DNA of 64,000 nt from Vitrella brassicaformis CCMP3155 (Eukaryota > Protista > Chromerida), in contig CDMY01000355.1 of the NCBI GenBank assembly GCA_001179505.1, positions 1 to 64,000 on the forward strand, written 5' to 3'. Of this stretch, positions 22,507 through 35,700 are shown piece by piece. A program made the translations under genes and the position numbers. Each line of letters begins with the position of its first letter. Position 1 is the stretch's first letter. A model generated the notes under the pieces. The model saw only the letters and a program-made list of their open reading frames with translations, had not been told where the DNA came from and did not search any database.

Positions 22507-24968
22507 ATGAAGCTGCTCTCTGCCCTCTGCCTCATCGCCCTCTTGGGCACAGCACTCTGTCAGGATGCCGCGCCACCCGCAGCAGCAGAGCCTATGGCTG
22601 AGCCGATGCCCGAAGGCACCACCGAGGGGGACGTGGAAATCGACTGCGACATCGCCGAGAACGCCGTGCTCGACGAATGCCGTAGGCATGCATGGAGACA
22701 CGCACTCACACGCGCATGGGGTGCATGGGGGTGGTGCATGTGACTCACGAGGGCATGGTGTGTGTCTGTGTGTGCTGTGTCAGAGGAGGTGAGTGGGCAG
22801 GTGCCTCTCGTCGAGCCGGGAATGCCCCCGGCGGAGACTGAAGTAGTGAATGCCACAGTCGCCGGCGAAGGTGAGAAGAGACACGGGTCTGCCTCATGTG
22901 GTTTCACGTGCCCTTCATGTGGGTGTGTTGTTGTGTCCTCATCTTTCTCGTTCAGCGTTCGTGTGCATGCCGGCTGCACAGTACGGTGGATACCGCCGGT
23001 TGGGCAGGAAGAAGAACCACTACGGCGGCGGTGGCGGTGGCGGTGGCTACACGAAGACCTATCACACCAAGGGCTACGACTGCACCTACGGCGGCAAGGG
23101 CGGCGGATGCACTGGAAAAGAGTGCGGTCAGTGAGGAGGGAGTGGACATGCACATACACACAGAAAGATAGCACGGAACACATGAGCTCATCTGTGCTGT
23201 CCGGTCATGTTGTGGCTGTGCAGTCGAAGGGCCTGTCGATGGCTCATCGTCATCCTCAACCACAACCACAGAAGCACCCACTTCCGCACCCGGCAGTGTC
23301 CCCGCGGTGGCTTATGCTCCTCCTGAGGGTGCTGAAGCTGCTCCCCCTTCCAACCGACAGCTCGGCCAGAAGCACTACAGCCACGGCGGCTACTACGGCC
23401 ACGGCGGCTACTCCGGCCACGGCACGTACTACGGCCACGGGAAGCACGGCGGCTACAGCGGCCACGGCAAGTACTACAGCCACGGCAGCAAGGGCGGCTA
23501 CAAATGCGCTGACAAGACCTGCGGTCAGTGAGGAGGCAGTGGACACACAGACACAAGAGCACGGGCGACATGGGCTCTCATCTGTGCTGTCCGGTCATGC
23601 TACGCGTGTGTAGGTGAGGGTGGTGAGGGTGGTGAGGGTGGTGAGGGTGGTGACGGTGGTGACGGTGGTGACGGTGGTGTTGGTGAGCCCGGGAGTGTGC
23701 CTGAGGCTGTGCCCGCTGTGGCGGCTCCTCCAGCTGCTGCTGGTTCCACTGGTAGTGCTCCTCCCCCCACCCGACAGCTCGTGGAGTCCTGTAGCGGTAG
23801 CAGTGGCACCTCATGTGGTGAGAACAAGAAAAGACACATGCCCACCGGACACGATTACTCACCTTTTGTATCTTGTCTTGTCCGACTGCAGGTGCACGTG
23901 CTCCGGTGCCTGCAGCTGCCAATTGCGTGCCTGCTGCAGAGGGTGGAGCACTCCCACAAGGATGCGGTAAGGGAGGCAGACAAGTGGTGCATGCATCAGT
24001 CACAGCACGTGATGTCTGTCCATGTGTTTTGTGTCACTGTCATAACTCCCGCTGAAGATGAGGCATCACCTCCTGCTATGGCAGAGGCCGCACAAGCACC
24101 GGCACCGGTGGCTGCTTCTGCTCCTGCTGATGGCTCTCGACGACTGCAGACTCAGGGGGCGGCGGCGGCGTGTGCCAACGGCGTGAATCCAGATGGCACA
24201 CCGTGCGGTAAGTGAGAATCACAGACACGTGCGATCATAAGTGCAGGTGTTCATGTGTGGATGTGTATGGTGTCTTTGCGGCAGGTGCAACTGCAGCATA
24301 CGCCACCCCTCCGCAGCAAGCCATGGCAGCAACACCACAATATGCGGCGCCTGGTAAGACAGACAAGGCAACACGGAGAGAAGCTGTCCGAGCCAGCATT
24401 CACTGGCACTGGTGTGCTGTGTGCGCGCGCGTCAGGTTCCTCATGCATCCCCGGTGGCCGTCGTCTTGGCACGGGCTCGAAGGGCTACGGCTCCTCGTGC
24501 GGCTACTCGAGTGGTGGCCACGGGGGCTACTACAGCGGCGGGCACCAAAAGGCGTCATGCGTCGGCTCTGACGGAACGACTGCCGTCGACTGCAGCGGAA
24601 GTGAGCAACGAAGAATCTGCACCCCACTTATACCATCCATGGAATGCATATCCATTTCGTCTCGTGCTGTGGCTCCGTTCTCTCGCTCAGGCTATATTAC
24701 TCCAACAGATACTGCATCGGCACCCCCATCACAATCCTCCTCCGCAGCAGCCCCCGTCGCAGCACCCCCAGCCGCAAGTTCCACTGCCAGCGCCCCAACC
24801 CCACCCACTGGCGGCGGCCGCCGGTCCCTCCGTGCCGACCTGACGAGAGTGGAAGGTGATGGGACGGCGGCTGAGATGGTGGCGGCCCCTGCTGGTGCTG
24901 CGCCAGCTGCTGCTCCTGCTGCTGTGGCAGAGGCGGTCACTGAGGCCCCCGCTGAGGAGGAGCCCTGA
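22507..24968 (+). CDS. Secreted modular polyprotein with repeated RxL motifs and Gly/Tyr/His/Lys-rich Cys-capped peptides (putative cell/cyst-wall precursor), 10 exons
   Basis: Signal MKLLSALCLIALLGTALC. Exons 22507-22681, 22784-22870, 22956-23126, 23224-23523, 23614-23817, 23892-23966, 24058-24207, 24285-24353, 24436-24600 and ~24709-24968, all joined by phase-1 GT-AG introns into one open frame. Confidence 0.85.
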
Positions 24969-25181
24969 GGGCGACTGACTGGCTGACGTGACACTTGACT
25001 GACTGCTTGGCTGCGTGGATGGATGGGTGTGTGCGAGGGGGCGGGGGAGTGAGTGTGTGGCTGTGTCTGTTTTGCATACCTATCTATCTAAACTGGCTGC
25101 CTGTCTGCGTGTCACGTGTCGAGAGAGAGTTGAGTCGTGGTGATGCATGCGATGACGATGCAGATGCACAGTTCCTAGCGT

Positions 25182-25227
25182 TTTATTCCTTGGCCCCCAC
25201 ACACTTTATTCCTTGGCCCCCACACAC
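25182..25227. repeat. Perfect 23-bp tandem duplication TTTATTCCTTGGCCCCCACACAC x2
   Basis: Seen directly, ~210 bp downstream of the polyprotein stop. Confidence 0.9.
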
Positions 25228-27472
25228 ACGTCACACACACCGCCACACCCCCACTCATCACACGCACATCTATCTGTCGTGGATGCATTGATGGCTACAT
25301 GGATGGTTGAGTGATTGCCTGGTGTTGTGTGGTGTCGGTGCGTCTGTGTGTATTTATCTCCCGGCCGTGTCAGTCGGGCCAGCAGCATTGGTTGTCTGGT
25401 TCCCTGGCCGGTCGGTCGGTCGGCTGGTTGGTTGGTTGGTTCCTTCATGGCTGTTTATGTTTCTGGCGGTCCATGGACAGTGGACAGCGCCTTTTTTGCC
25501 TGCCATACATGCGAACGAACGAACAAACGGACGACAAGAATGAGCGATCGAGCGGTTGATTACATATTGGTGACCAATATATTGGTAGCTGCTGCAGAGA
25601 CAGAGTGGGAAGACGACAAGACGAGACATTGTGTGTGTGTTGGTTGGTTTTCCCTTGTGTCTTTGTGTGCGCTGTGATGTGATGTGATGTGATGTGAGAC
25701 AAAAGGGGCGGTATGATGGGTCGCGGCGGCCGATTTTGGAAGGAAGGTGTGTGCGATGTGGGCGGTGAGCTCTCTGACGGACGTCTAGCAAGCGAGCACA
25801 GGAAGGATCCATGAATGGATGGCTGAGATGTTTTCTGTGGTGCGGTGCGGTGCCTGAGGTCGTCTTTGCCCTGAATGGATGGATGGATGGATGTCAGGCA
25901 TCTCTCGCTCTGGCGCGGTCATTTGCTGTCTGGCCCGGCTGCCGGTAGGCAACGCGGGCGATGTACACTTTTTCTTGTACAACGGTAGTCTGGCTGGCTG
26001 ACTGATTCTTTCTGGCTGGCGCTCTTGCTTGCCTGCCTGCCTGCTTGCTGGAGGTCTCTGACTGGATGACACGGGCACCCACCGACTTGCTGCCCGCCTC
26101 TGCGTGCGTTCGCCGCCCACCCACCCCGCCCCATGTGTGTGTGATGTGAAGTGACGTTGAAGTGAGAGTGAGTGAGAGTGGGTGCTTTTGTGTATGGCCA
26201 TGCCATGTGATGTCATGTCATGGATGTGAAGTGGTGTGTGTTGATGTGCGTGGTGTTTTGTCACCCTGCAAATTCGTCTGGTGCCCTTTTGTTTACTATC
26301 GCCACCACCCCATCCACTCACACGTCCCATACCCCACAGCCACACAGCACACCATGCATGAAGAGAGAGCGAGCTGCCCATAAGCATGCATGGGGATTTA
26401 ATTCATGCGTACATGCTGGCGGACACACTGGCTGACTGACTGACTGACTGGCTGACTGTCCCATAATACCGCAGGTAGGGGAGGGAATGAGGATCGCAGG
26501 TGGGTAATCGCACATGGACGGATGGGGTTGATTGATTGATTGTATTGGTTGCCTCTCTGTTTGTCAATTCCTTTTCCCGCCCTTTTACCAAAACGACAGA
26601 CGATAGCTAGCTAGCCGGCCGGCTGGTGTAGAGCGTTGTAGGGATAGTGACGACCGACCGACAAAGGAGTGATTGGGTGGGTGAGTGGCCGCCATCGATT
26701 CGAGTGATGAGTGCGTGTCTGTCTGAATGACCTGCCCGTTTTGAATGACTGAATGTGAGTGACCGTATGTATGGTGTGGATGCCATGGCTGCATGCGAGA
26801 GGGGAGCGCGGGGAAGGAGGGGATGGATGTTTCGACATGGCTCGAGTGTGCTCTGCTGGTCGACGAGCAGCTGTTCTCGCCCCCCTGTCCCTTATGCCTC
26901 GAAGTCATGCTCTCACCAGCATCTCTTCGCGACGTGGTGGGCGGGCGGGCACGAGAGCTGCTTGTCGCATGTTGCAGCGCTAAGACAAGTGTGACCGAGC
27001 GATGGTGGGTAGTGATGGACTGATGTGTGTCGTGTGGGCATGGGAGGGTGTCTCGACGCATTCCGTGTGCATCGGCTGCACCAGACGTCGACGGAAGTTG
27101 TTCAACTTCCATCGGTATCTTCTGCTGTCGTCTGACATGCAAAGTGACGGGAAGTGCACCCTGCCTGGAGATTGATTGGACTGACAGTCATCAATAATCA
27201 CTGTATGCCAGTGCAAGATTGATCAATCGTGTTCCATCCCATCACCATACGACTGTCACACACAATATCGCACCGAATTACACACACGGGTTGATTGTGA
27301 CACCGCCGGCTGGTTAGTTACCACGCAGCTCGGTCGCTCTTGCATTAGCAGAGCTCTCAGTGTCTCCGTCACCCACCCACCCATTCTCCCAACCAGACAC
27401 CACCCTGCCACTATGTACACCACCACTACACCGCAGACGCCGAAAAAACACAGCAAAAGATCGTCTCGGCAC

Positions 27473-29673
27473 TCATGGAATCCTCCAGATGCGCGGCTTG
27501 TGGTCAGCCTGAATGAGGGACAACAGCAGCACAACCATGAAATAGACTGTGCGGACCGACGTTCTCTGTGTGTAAGGGTGTCTCACCGCGCCAGTCGCGA
27601 AGAAATGTCCATCAGGCGCCATGGCGAGGGTCAAGATGGGGCTCTGATGCGCGTCCTCAACCTTGTCCACACACTGAGCACACACCACACCACAACAGAG
27701 AGCCAGATGCGCGTCTGCGAATGGATGCGTCTGTCTCTCTAGGTGCTGTGAAGATGTCTCTCTGGCCACCCACCTCGAATTTGGGCAGTGAGAAAATCTT
27801 GATGTGCCGCTCGGCCACTGCCACCAGACGGGAACAGTCAGGCGTCACGGCTGCACACGCAAGCACACACACGTGCACAGGGAGGGAGGGAGGGAGGGAT
27901 GAACGATCAGTGAGTGCGTTCCTTCCCGTCGTATCTACCTACCAAGAGCTGTCCAGTTTTTGAACATGGGGTCATCCTCCTGGTGCGTGTGCAGCTTGCG
28001 GGGGTCCTCTGACATCTGGACGACACACACACACACACACAAATACAAAGACACCCACGCATAGCTACACACATGAACGACACACGTCTTTGTGTGTCCG
28101 TGACCACATACAGGACACATGACCACATACGTGGTAGCGGACATCGATTGTCCACAGGGCCAGTGCGGCATCCTTGGTGGCGATGATGGCCTTTTTGTGG
28201 TCGGGGTAGAAGGCAACGGCATTGGCGCCACGGTCGGTCTTCAGATCCATCGCCCTCGACAGCTGCATGACACACACAACAGAAAGAGATACACACAAGC
28301 ACTTACACTTGGTGCTCGTCTGTGTCTGGCTAGCTACACACTTTGGAGAATTCTTGGTTCTTGCTGGTGACTTCCATGATTTTGATGCCGGGCGACCATG
28401 CCGCCACACCGACGAACCGGCCGTCGAGCAACGAGGTGGTGGTGAAGTAATTCCGCACCTGATGGATGGATGGCCAGTGGGCAGCGGAGGGTGGGAGAGT
28501 GAGTGTGTGTTGCCTGAGCGAGTGTGTGGGTGGTGGTGGGTGGGGCCTGACTGACCTGTTTGGTGTCGTAGGATGCCAGCAGCTCGCCTCTGTACGACCA
28601 TATCTTCACGTCTGTGTCGTCGTCACACGACGCTGTCACCACCCACTTGCCTGGCACAACACAACACAACACAACACAACACAACACACACACACAGACA
28701 GAGAGAAGCGCATGATCGATTCATGCCGAGCGTCGCAGACGTGTCAATTGTGTCTGTGCGTCACTGACCCTTGGATGCCGACAGGAACTTGACCTCGTTC
28801 TTGTGAACGGGCTGCTCTGTCCGATAGACCTGCACACACACACACAGACACGCACACACAGACACACAGACATTCATCCTTCATCCGCTCACCCCCCATC
28901 CACCCATCCGCCAGCCACCCATCCATCCACCCACAGCCCACCACTTGCATGGCCTTCCCCTTTGCAGGGTCCTTTGCGATTCGGTGCACCGCCAGGCACC
29001 TCGACTGCATCATGGCCGCAACCACCTGCTGGCCGTCAGCTGTGAAGTCACACGCAGACGCGCTGTCCGCCTCGATGTTGCCGCGGGCGTACGGCGGGTT
29101 CTGCATGGCCTCCTCAATGGGCTTGGACTTGTCGATGGTAAACACCCTGCAAACAAACAGCACGACAGGCTTCCTCCTGTACCATCAGGTCATTGTGTGT
29201 GTGTGTGTGTGTGTGTGTGTACCTGAGTGTGCGATCTCCGCACGCCACGCAGATCTGGCTGGAAACATTATCAATGACCACGCAATAGATCTCGCCAGCA
29301 AAACCTGCATCACACACGCGGCGCACATGCATCCCTGCCTGCCTGCCTCCCTCTCTCTCCCAGCCACTCACTGACCCTTGAGATTGTTGACATACAGCGG
29401 ATGGTGTGTGGCCTTCTCCGCTGCTGCCTTGCCCGGCTTGCCGATAGCCTTGGCTGCCGCACCTTTCTGCAGTGATCCTTTGCCCTTCCTGCCGCCGCCG
29501 CCCTTGCCAGCACCGGCCGCTTCACGATGCTGCTGCTCCATCTCGCTCTTGGCCTTCTCTTGCTTGCTGCGCCACCTGGCCTTATCGCCGCGCATCATGA
29601 AAAAGACTAGCACGAACACGCCAATGCCGACAGCTGTGAAGAAGAGCGTCAGCACCATGTCTGTTGTCACCAT
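27473..29673 (-). CDS. TBL2: Transducin beta-like 2 homolog (N-terminal TM anchor + WD40)
   Basis: TM segment VLTLFFTAVGIGVFVLVFFMM, Lys-rich linker, HPLYVNNLKG, WD repeats (WVVTASCDDDTDVKIWSY; AVAFYPDHKKAIIATKDAALALWTIDVRY; DAHQSPILTLAMAPDGHFFATGA), ending RIWRIP*. Confidence 0.8.
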
Positions 29674-30309
29674 GAACCGCGTAGCTAAAGACAGACACTC
29701 ACAGATACACTCACAGATCCGACGCAGAATCGCAGACTTCTTTCAGAGACTCAATTAGCCGTGTTCTTCCTCTCATCCCATTCCTCCCTTCCTCGTCACG
29801 GCTTAGCTCGCAATGCTCAAGATCCGTTTCACCGTGGTCCCCAACTCGTCCTCGTCGCTGATTTGCGGATTTGATTGGTGAGGAGAGCGCAGGGCCAAAA
29901 GGCGGATGGAACCCATCGGAACACACCCCACATCCCACCCAAACCAACACCTGCTGCAGGACGCACACCATGGTGAGCCGACGGGGGCGGAGATCACACA
30001 CAGGCAGCGAGATGCAGACAGCCCCGACAGAGGCAGACAGAGGCAGCCAGCACAGCCACATGGCAGCTCAGATCACGCCCTCACACTCGCGAGAGCGTTC
30101 TGAGGAGGTTGCCAGACGAGGCAGGCAGAGCTGTCGCTGTGTGGATGGATGACAGGCAGAGAGACAGATTTGGCACACTACACTGTGCAGTGACGCCGTG
30201 GCTCTGGCATGGCCGTCCATGCTCTGCCCTCTCCCCTCTCTCTGTGTGTGCACGCGCCTTCTCAGGTGATCATCTGTTCGGCGGTCCGCTGCAGGTGCCA
30301 CCACCCGTC

Positions 30310-32204
30310 ATGACATCAGACAACGGCTCCCCTGATGCGGCCGACAACCCCCCCGAGCCGCACCAGGACGTCACGGCACACCAGTCCGTCATGCCGCCGG
30401 CACCCATCACCCACCACGATGTCTCACCTGCACCACAACCACCAGCTCCACCAGAGTGGAATATGGCGGCTCTTGAGCAGGAGCAGCCTGAGCATGACCA
30501 CCAGCAGGATCAGCAAGGTCAGCAGGAGCCGCCGTCGTCATCGACGACGCATGTGGCGATTCCGCCGGAGCTGGCAGAGCAGTTGGAGGTGTTGTTCACG
30601 CCGGAGCAGCGGGCGTACATCCACCAGCTGGCGGTGCAGACGGGCAGCCTGGAGGCGGCCATCACCCACATGCAGCAGTTCCACATGCAACAGGCCGTGC
30701 AGGCCCACGCCTACATGCTCCAGCAGCACACACAGCACCAGCAAGCGCAGCTACTCATGGTACGTACCCGCTGTGTTAACACACCACACACAGGACAGGA
30801 CAGCCATGCCCTCTCTCTCTCACTGTCTGTCTGATGGCTGGCTCTCTTTTTCCCGTTGGTTCAGCATCAGTTGAATAATGCGACCGTGAATGCGCACGGC
30901 AGCTCTGGTGCGTCAGATGAGGCCGACTCGCCCCGTCCCCACCTCCCCCATGTCGCCCCCCACCTGCCCCCCACCTCACCCGCCCCGCCCGCCTCCCCCT
31001 CGCCCCTCATTGCCACCAGCAGCCCGCCCCAGAACGCACACACAGCCATAATCGCCACCTCTTCCCCACCCACTGCTGGCGATGCGCCAGGGGCGGCAGC
31101 GAGAGCCAACGGTGTGATGGTGGGGGCTGCTTTGGCTGACGGCCATGGGCATGGGCCGGCGAATGCTGCTGGGGGCCCGGGGGCTGCCGGTGTTGTTGGT
31201 AGTGATGGTGGTGTAGGTCCGGGCGGTGCACCGCGGATCAGTCCGCTGGCCATGGCGCAGTTCGGCGGGCCCATGATGTATGTGAGCAGGGAGATGCGAT
31301 GATCGCATCGACGGGTGATGGATTCGTTTGTGTGTGTGTTGTCAGTGCGGCGCACGCCGGCAGTGTAGATGGGGACGAGGAGCCGATCTTCGTCAACCCT
31401 AAGCAGTATCGCAGGATACTCAAGAGGCGGCAGGCACGGGTGGGTATGCATACCTAACGAACGAGACGTGTCTATCCACGCACGCATCACTGTTGGCTGC
31501 CTTGCTTGCGTCTGCATTACCCCACCCGTCGTCTCGTTGGGTCGGTCAGGCGAAGGCTGAGCGGAACGGCTATGGCCGCACGAGCGGCAAGAAGCCGTAC
31601 ATGCATGAGTCCAGACACGTGCACGCCATGAAAAGGTCACCTGCCCGTACACACACACACACATACAACATGTCACTTCCACGTAGCCACCCACCCACTC
31701 ACTCACTCCCTCACTCCCTCACTCCTCTGTTTTGTGTCTGTGTGTGTGGTGATCTGGTGATCTGGTGAATGATCAATCAGGCCGCGCGGCCCAGGTGGTC
31801 GTTTCCTGCCCGGCTCATACAAGGCCATCGACGACCGCCCAGAGGGCGAACAGTCCACCCTCAAGGCCACACCGAAGCCCCCACCTCCCAAGCTGCCACC
31901 CCCCACAGCCAACTCCCAGCCGATGCTGTCCGGCGCACTGGGCCTCAACAACCCCCGCACCATCGACGTGCGGGCGCTGATGCTGGCCGCGCAGCAGGCA
32001 CAGGCTGCGCAGGCGGCCCAGGGGCATGTGCAGCATGCACAGCAGCCGATGGTGGGGCCGGGTGGGCCGACGGGGATGGTGCCGCCCTCTCCTGGCCCCC
32101 CTCCTGCCATTGGTGGCGTCGGTGGCGTCGGTGGTGTGGCTGCTGGCATTGCGGCTGTGCCGTCGGTGGCTGTGACCTCGGGGCCGTCGCCTGCACACGC
32201 CTGA
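30310..32204 (+). CDS. NFYA: Nuclear factor Y subunit A (CCAAT-binding, HAP2/CBF-B domain)
   Basis: Spliced domain EEPIFVNPKQYRRILKRRQAR|AKAER...KKPYMHESRHVHAMKR|PRGPGGRFL, with a Gln/Pro-rich N-terminus. Confidence 0.92.
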
Positions 32205-32774
32205 GTGAGTGAGTGATCGGGGAGGGATTTTTCACACGTGAGTGTGGTTGTGTGTTAGTGAGTTAGTGTGTGTGTGTGGGTAATGCTTGCTTTTTTCACG
32301 GGTGTCTCTGTGTGTGTCATTCACTGCCATGGCGTGTGTGCGTGTCTGCCTGCCTGAGCCTTCGTCGTCGCGTAAGGCAGGGCCCTCGTGGGCCGCCTTT
32401 GCGTGAGTTTGTTGCACCGACATGGCGAGCGAGGGATGGTGTGTCGTGGCATGACATCTGTCTGATGCGTGTGCGTCCGAATGGACACAGACACCACAGA
32501 CACAGACAGACACGGACAAGTGTGTCGACTGACACTCGATGTGACCCATCAACACCACCATTCGATTTGACTCGTTCGGTTAGTCAGTCCTGGCCAGCTG
32601 GTCACGCAATCAATCCACGCACGCCACGCAATGGATCTACACATCCATCCATCCATCCATCATGATACCTATCTATCGGCCTACACACCTATGGACACAC
32701 ACGCCCCGACAGACCGACCGACAGACAGACAGACAGTCCCCTGCCTGCCTGCCTGCCCGTGTCGTCTCAGTCAG

Positions 32775-35700
32775 CTATCTGATGGTCATGGTGTTGACCC
32801 CGCCTCCGATGTTGAGTCCCATCGATGTCGGGCCGCTCAGAGGGCCCATGGCAGAGGTGGTCTGGGCCTTGACCATCAACTGATTCAGCTGCTCTACCAG
32901 CTGCGTGCACGCCTGACGTAAATGACAATCAGACAGACACATGGACACACATGACACACATGACATGTGACAGGGGTCAGTGTGTGTGTGTGTGTGGAGG
33001 GTAGCGGAGGGGGGGCCCTCCCTGTACCTTTCGCTGCTGCTCGAAGTCGGACTCGGCTGTCTTGGAGTGAATGAACGTCCTCAGGTGATACAAATTCTGA
33101 CCGATGCGTACACACGTGCACCACACGATATGGATATGGACCGACCGACCGACCTGTTCGAAGTGTTTGAGCTTCTGTTCCTGCGTTTCGAGCGCCTGGT
33201 GGGTCTCGTGGTCAGCCAACTGGGAGGCAGGCAGGCAGGCAGTGTGGGTTGCTGTCTGTCGTCCATTCCATCCCCCCTCTCGCCTGCCTAATGTGTGTTC
33301 ATTCATACCAGTTGGCGCTTTGAGTCGAGGTTGATTTTGACGAAGTTGACCTGCTGCTTCAACACGTCGCGACGGCCGTACAGACGCTGATGAATCAATC
33401 AATGAGGACAGCAAACACTCTGCCGTGAACCAATTAAGACGGGGTAGGGTTTTCTGTCTTGTTTGTGGGTGGAGACGGACGGACCTCTCGCCTTTCCTCG
33501 AGCTCGATCTTCTCTCGACGGCCGTCCTCGCGCACACGATCGACGTCACTCTGACATGCGTGGCACACACACAGCACAGCATCACACGGATCATGGAAAG
33601 GTGTGGGTGTGGGTGTGATGTGGTGTGTGGCGCGTGGGCGTGTGTGTGTTGTACCTACCAGTTTGCCGGCCATTTCCTGCGTCATGAACTGGCGCCGCTC
33701 CTCAAGGGACTGCAGCTCCTGCAGATAGATACATGACACGCACACACACATCGGGGAGGCAAAGCGATCAACAGCAGGGTGATGACAGACTTCCTCTTGT
33801 TTCTATGTACTCACTCACGCACCGCAGCGATTTTCTCGTCGAGCGTTGTGATCTTCTGCAGCTCCTCATGACGCTAAACACACACACACACACACACACA
33901 CATGGCGAATGTGCCAGTCCTCCTCCCTCCCTCCCTCCCTCCCTCCGCCCCGCTGACCTTCTGCAGCTCGCCCTGCAGCCGCACATGCGTCGTCTGCGCG
34001 TTGCCAAGCTGTTCACTCTGATCACACAAACCAGCCAGCGTACACACAAAGTACGTGTGTGTGTTGGATGGATGGATGGCCACGAACCTTGAAGTCGAGT
34101 TCCTCGGTCATATCCTTGACTCTGTCAGATGTGGGCATGGCCGCCTGTCTCTCGCAGCTGCGCGTGATGCTCTCGAGTAGCGACACGACGCGGCTTTGCT
34201 TGGCCTGGATGTGCTCCTCCTCGGCCTGGCGCGCCGACTCGTAGTTGGCCATGAAGGTCGTCATTTCCTGGTCCTTCCTGCAGAAAGCAGTGACACACAC
34301 ACACACACAGCACTTGGACGCTTCTATGTGTGTGTGGTGTGTGATGGTGTGTTTGTGGTTGGTTGCCTGAACAGTAGTTGGTATTTCTCGTGCTCATTCT
34401 CCTTCATGTGCTTGCCCTGGGAGAGGAGGAGGAGGCGACAACAAGAGAGCCATCCGTACGGTGCATGGTGCCTTTGGTTGGTTGGACGTGGGTGGCATTT
34501 CTGTGTTCTTTCGGTTCTCTCTGTTCCCCCCTGACCTCTTCCTCGAGCTCCTGCAGCTGCCGGCGGTAGCGATCGATGTCAGCACGGACCTCACCCACTT
34601 GCTGACCACACGCACACACAGGGATGCACACACAGACACACACGCGATACATACCGACCCAAATGCACGCGGACTTGATTCTCATGGTCCCCACCCACTG
34701 ACTGACCTGTTCGGATTGCACGATGACGGCGTTGTCGTCCCTGACTTTGGTCTTGAGCAGCTCCCGCTGCTCCGGGATGCTCAGCCGCGTGTGGGCCGTG
34801 AGCTTCTCCAACTCACCCTTGCGCTCCTGCAGCTCGCTCGCCGCCTCACGCAACTGCTGGAACTTCAAACGATACGCGTCAGACTGCACAAACAGGTGGG
34901 TTACAAACACACACACACGGGCAATACACAGACACGCACACGTGTTGGTCTGGTGCTGTGTTTTGAAGGTACCCACCCGCAGTCTGGCCTCGACGTCTGC
35001 GAGTCGTCTGGTGACGTCATCCAGCTCTGCGCGGTGCGCACGGACCTCCTGCAGGAGTGTCTCGTTCTCGTTCTGGAAACCCTCATACTGCTCCCTAAAA
35101 GGCACAAGCACAAACACCAAGTGAGTGAATGCGTGTTGGTCGGGTCGCTGGTTGGTGATCATGAGTGGTCCGTCGTCACCTTTGGTCGGGGTGCAGCTCG
35201 TTGAGCCGCTCCTCCGACGCCTTGCGGACCTTCTCTATCTCGTCCTCAACAGACGCTATCTGCTCCTCGTTCTGACCGACGAACAGAACAGACAGCAAAC
35301 ACAGCCGTGCCGTGTGAGTTCGTCAACGCGCGCGCGCGCGCGCGCGTGTGTGTGTGTGTGCTCTTCTCTGTATGTGTGTGTGTGTGCCTGTTTCTTCTCC
35401 AGGAAGATCGAGTCGAGGATGGCTCGCTGCTGGTCGTTCTGCGTCTGCACACAAACCACACACACACACACACACACACACACATCAGCACAGCCGACAT
35501 GAACGAATGGTGCCCGCGCGTGTGCGTGTGGGTGTGAAATGGCATGCCAGTCAGTCAGTAGATCACCTTGAGTACTTTGAACATGTGCTGGACCTCCTCC
35601 GGCCTGGTGTCGTGCCGCTGCTTGTCCAGCGCCAGGTTGTAGTCGGCCAAATCCCCCTCCAAAGTACGAACCTGACGTACACACACACACACACACACGT

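Noticed and set aside
22507-24968. Strict Plasmodium PEXEL (RxLxE/Q/D) export motif
   Set aside because: The fifth positions do not fit consistently and the motifs are repeated internally; only the general RxL/RRL similarity is claimed.
27082-27107. Short palindrome CGACGGAAGTTG-TT-CAACTTCCATCG and overlapping ATATTGG/CCAATAT palindromes near 25564
   Set aside because: Isolated short stems with no other support.
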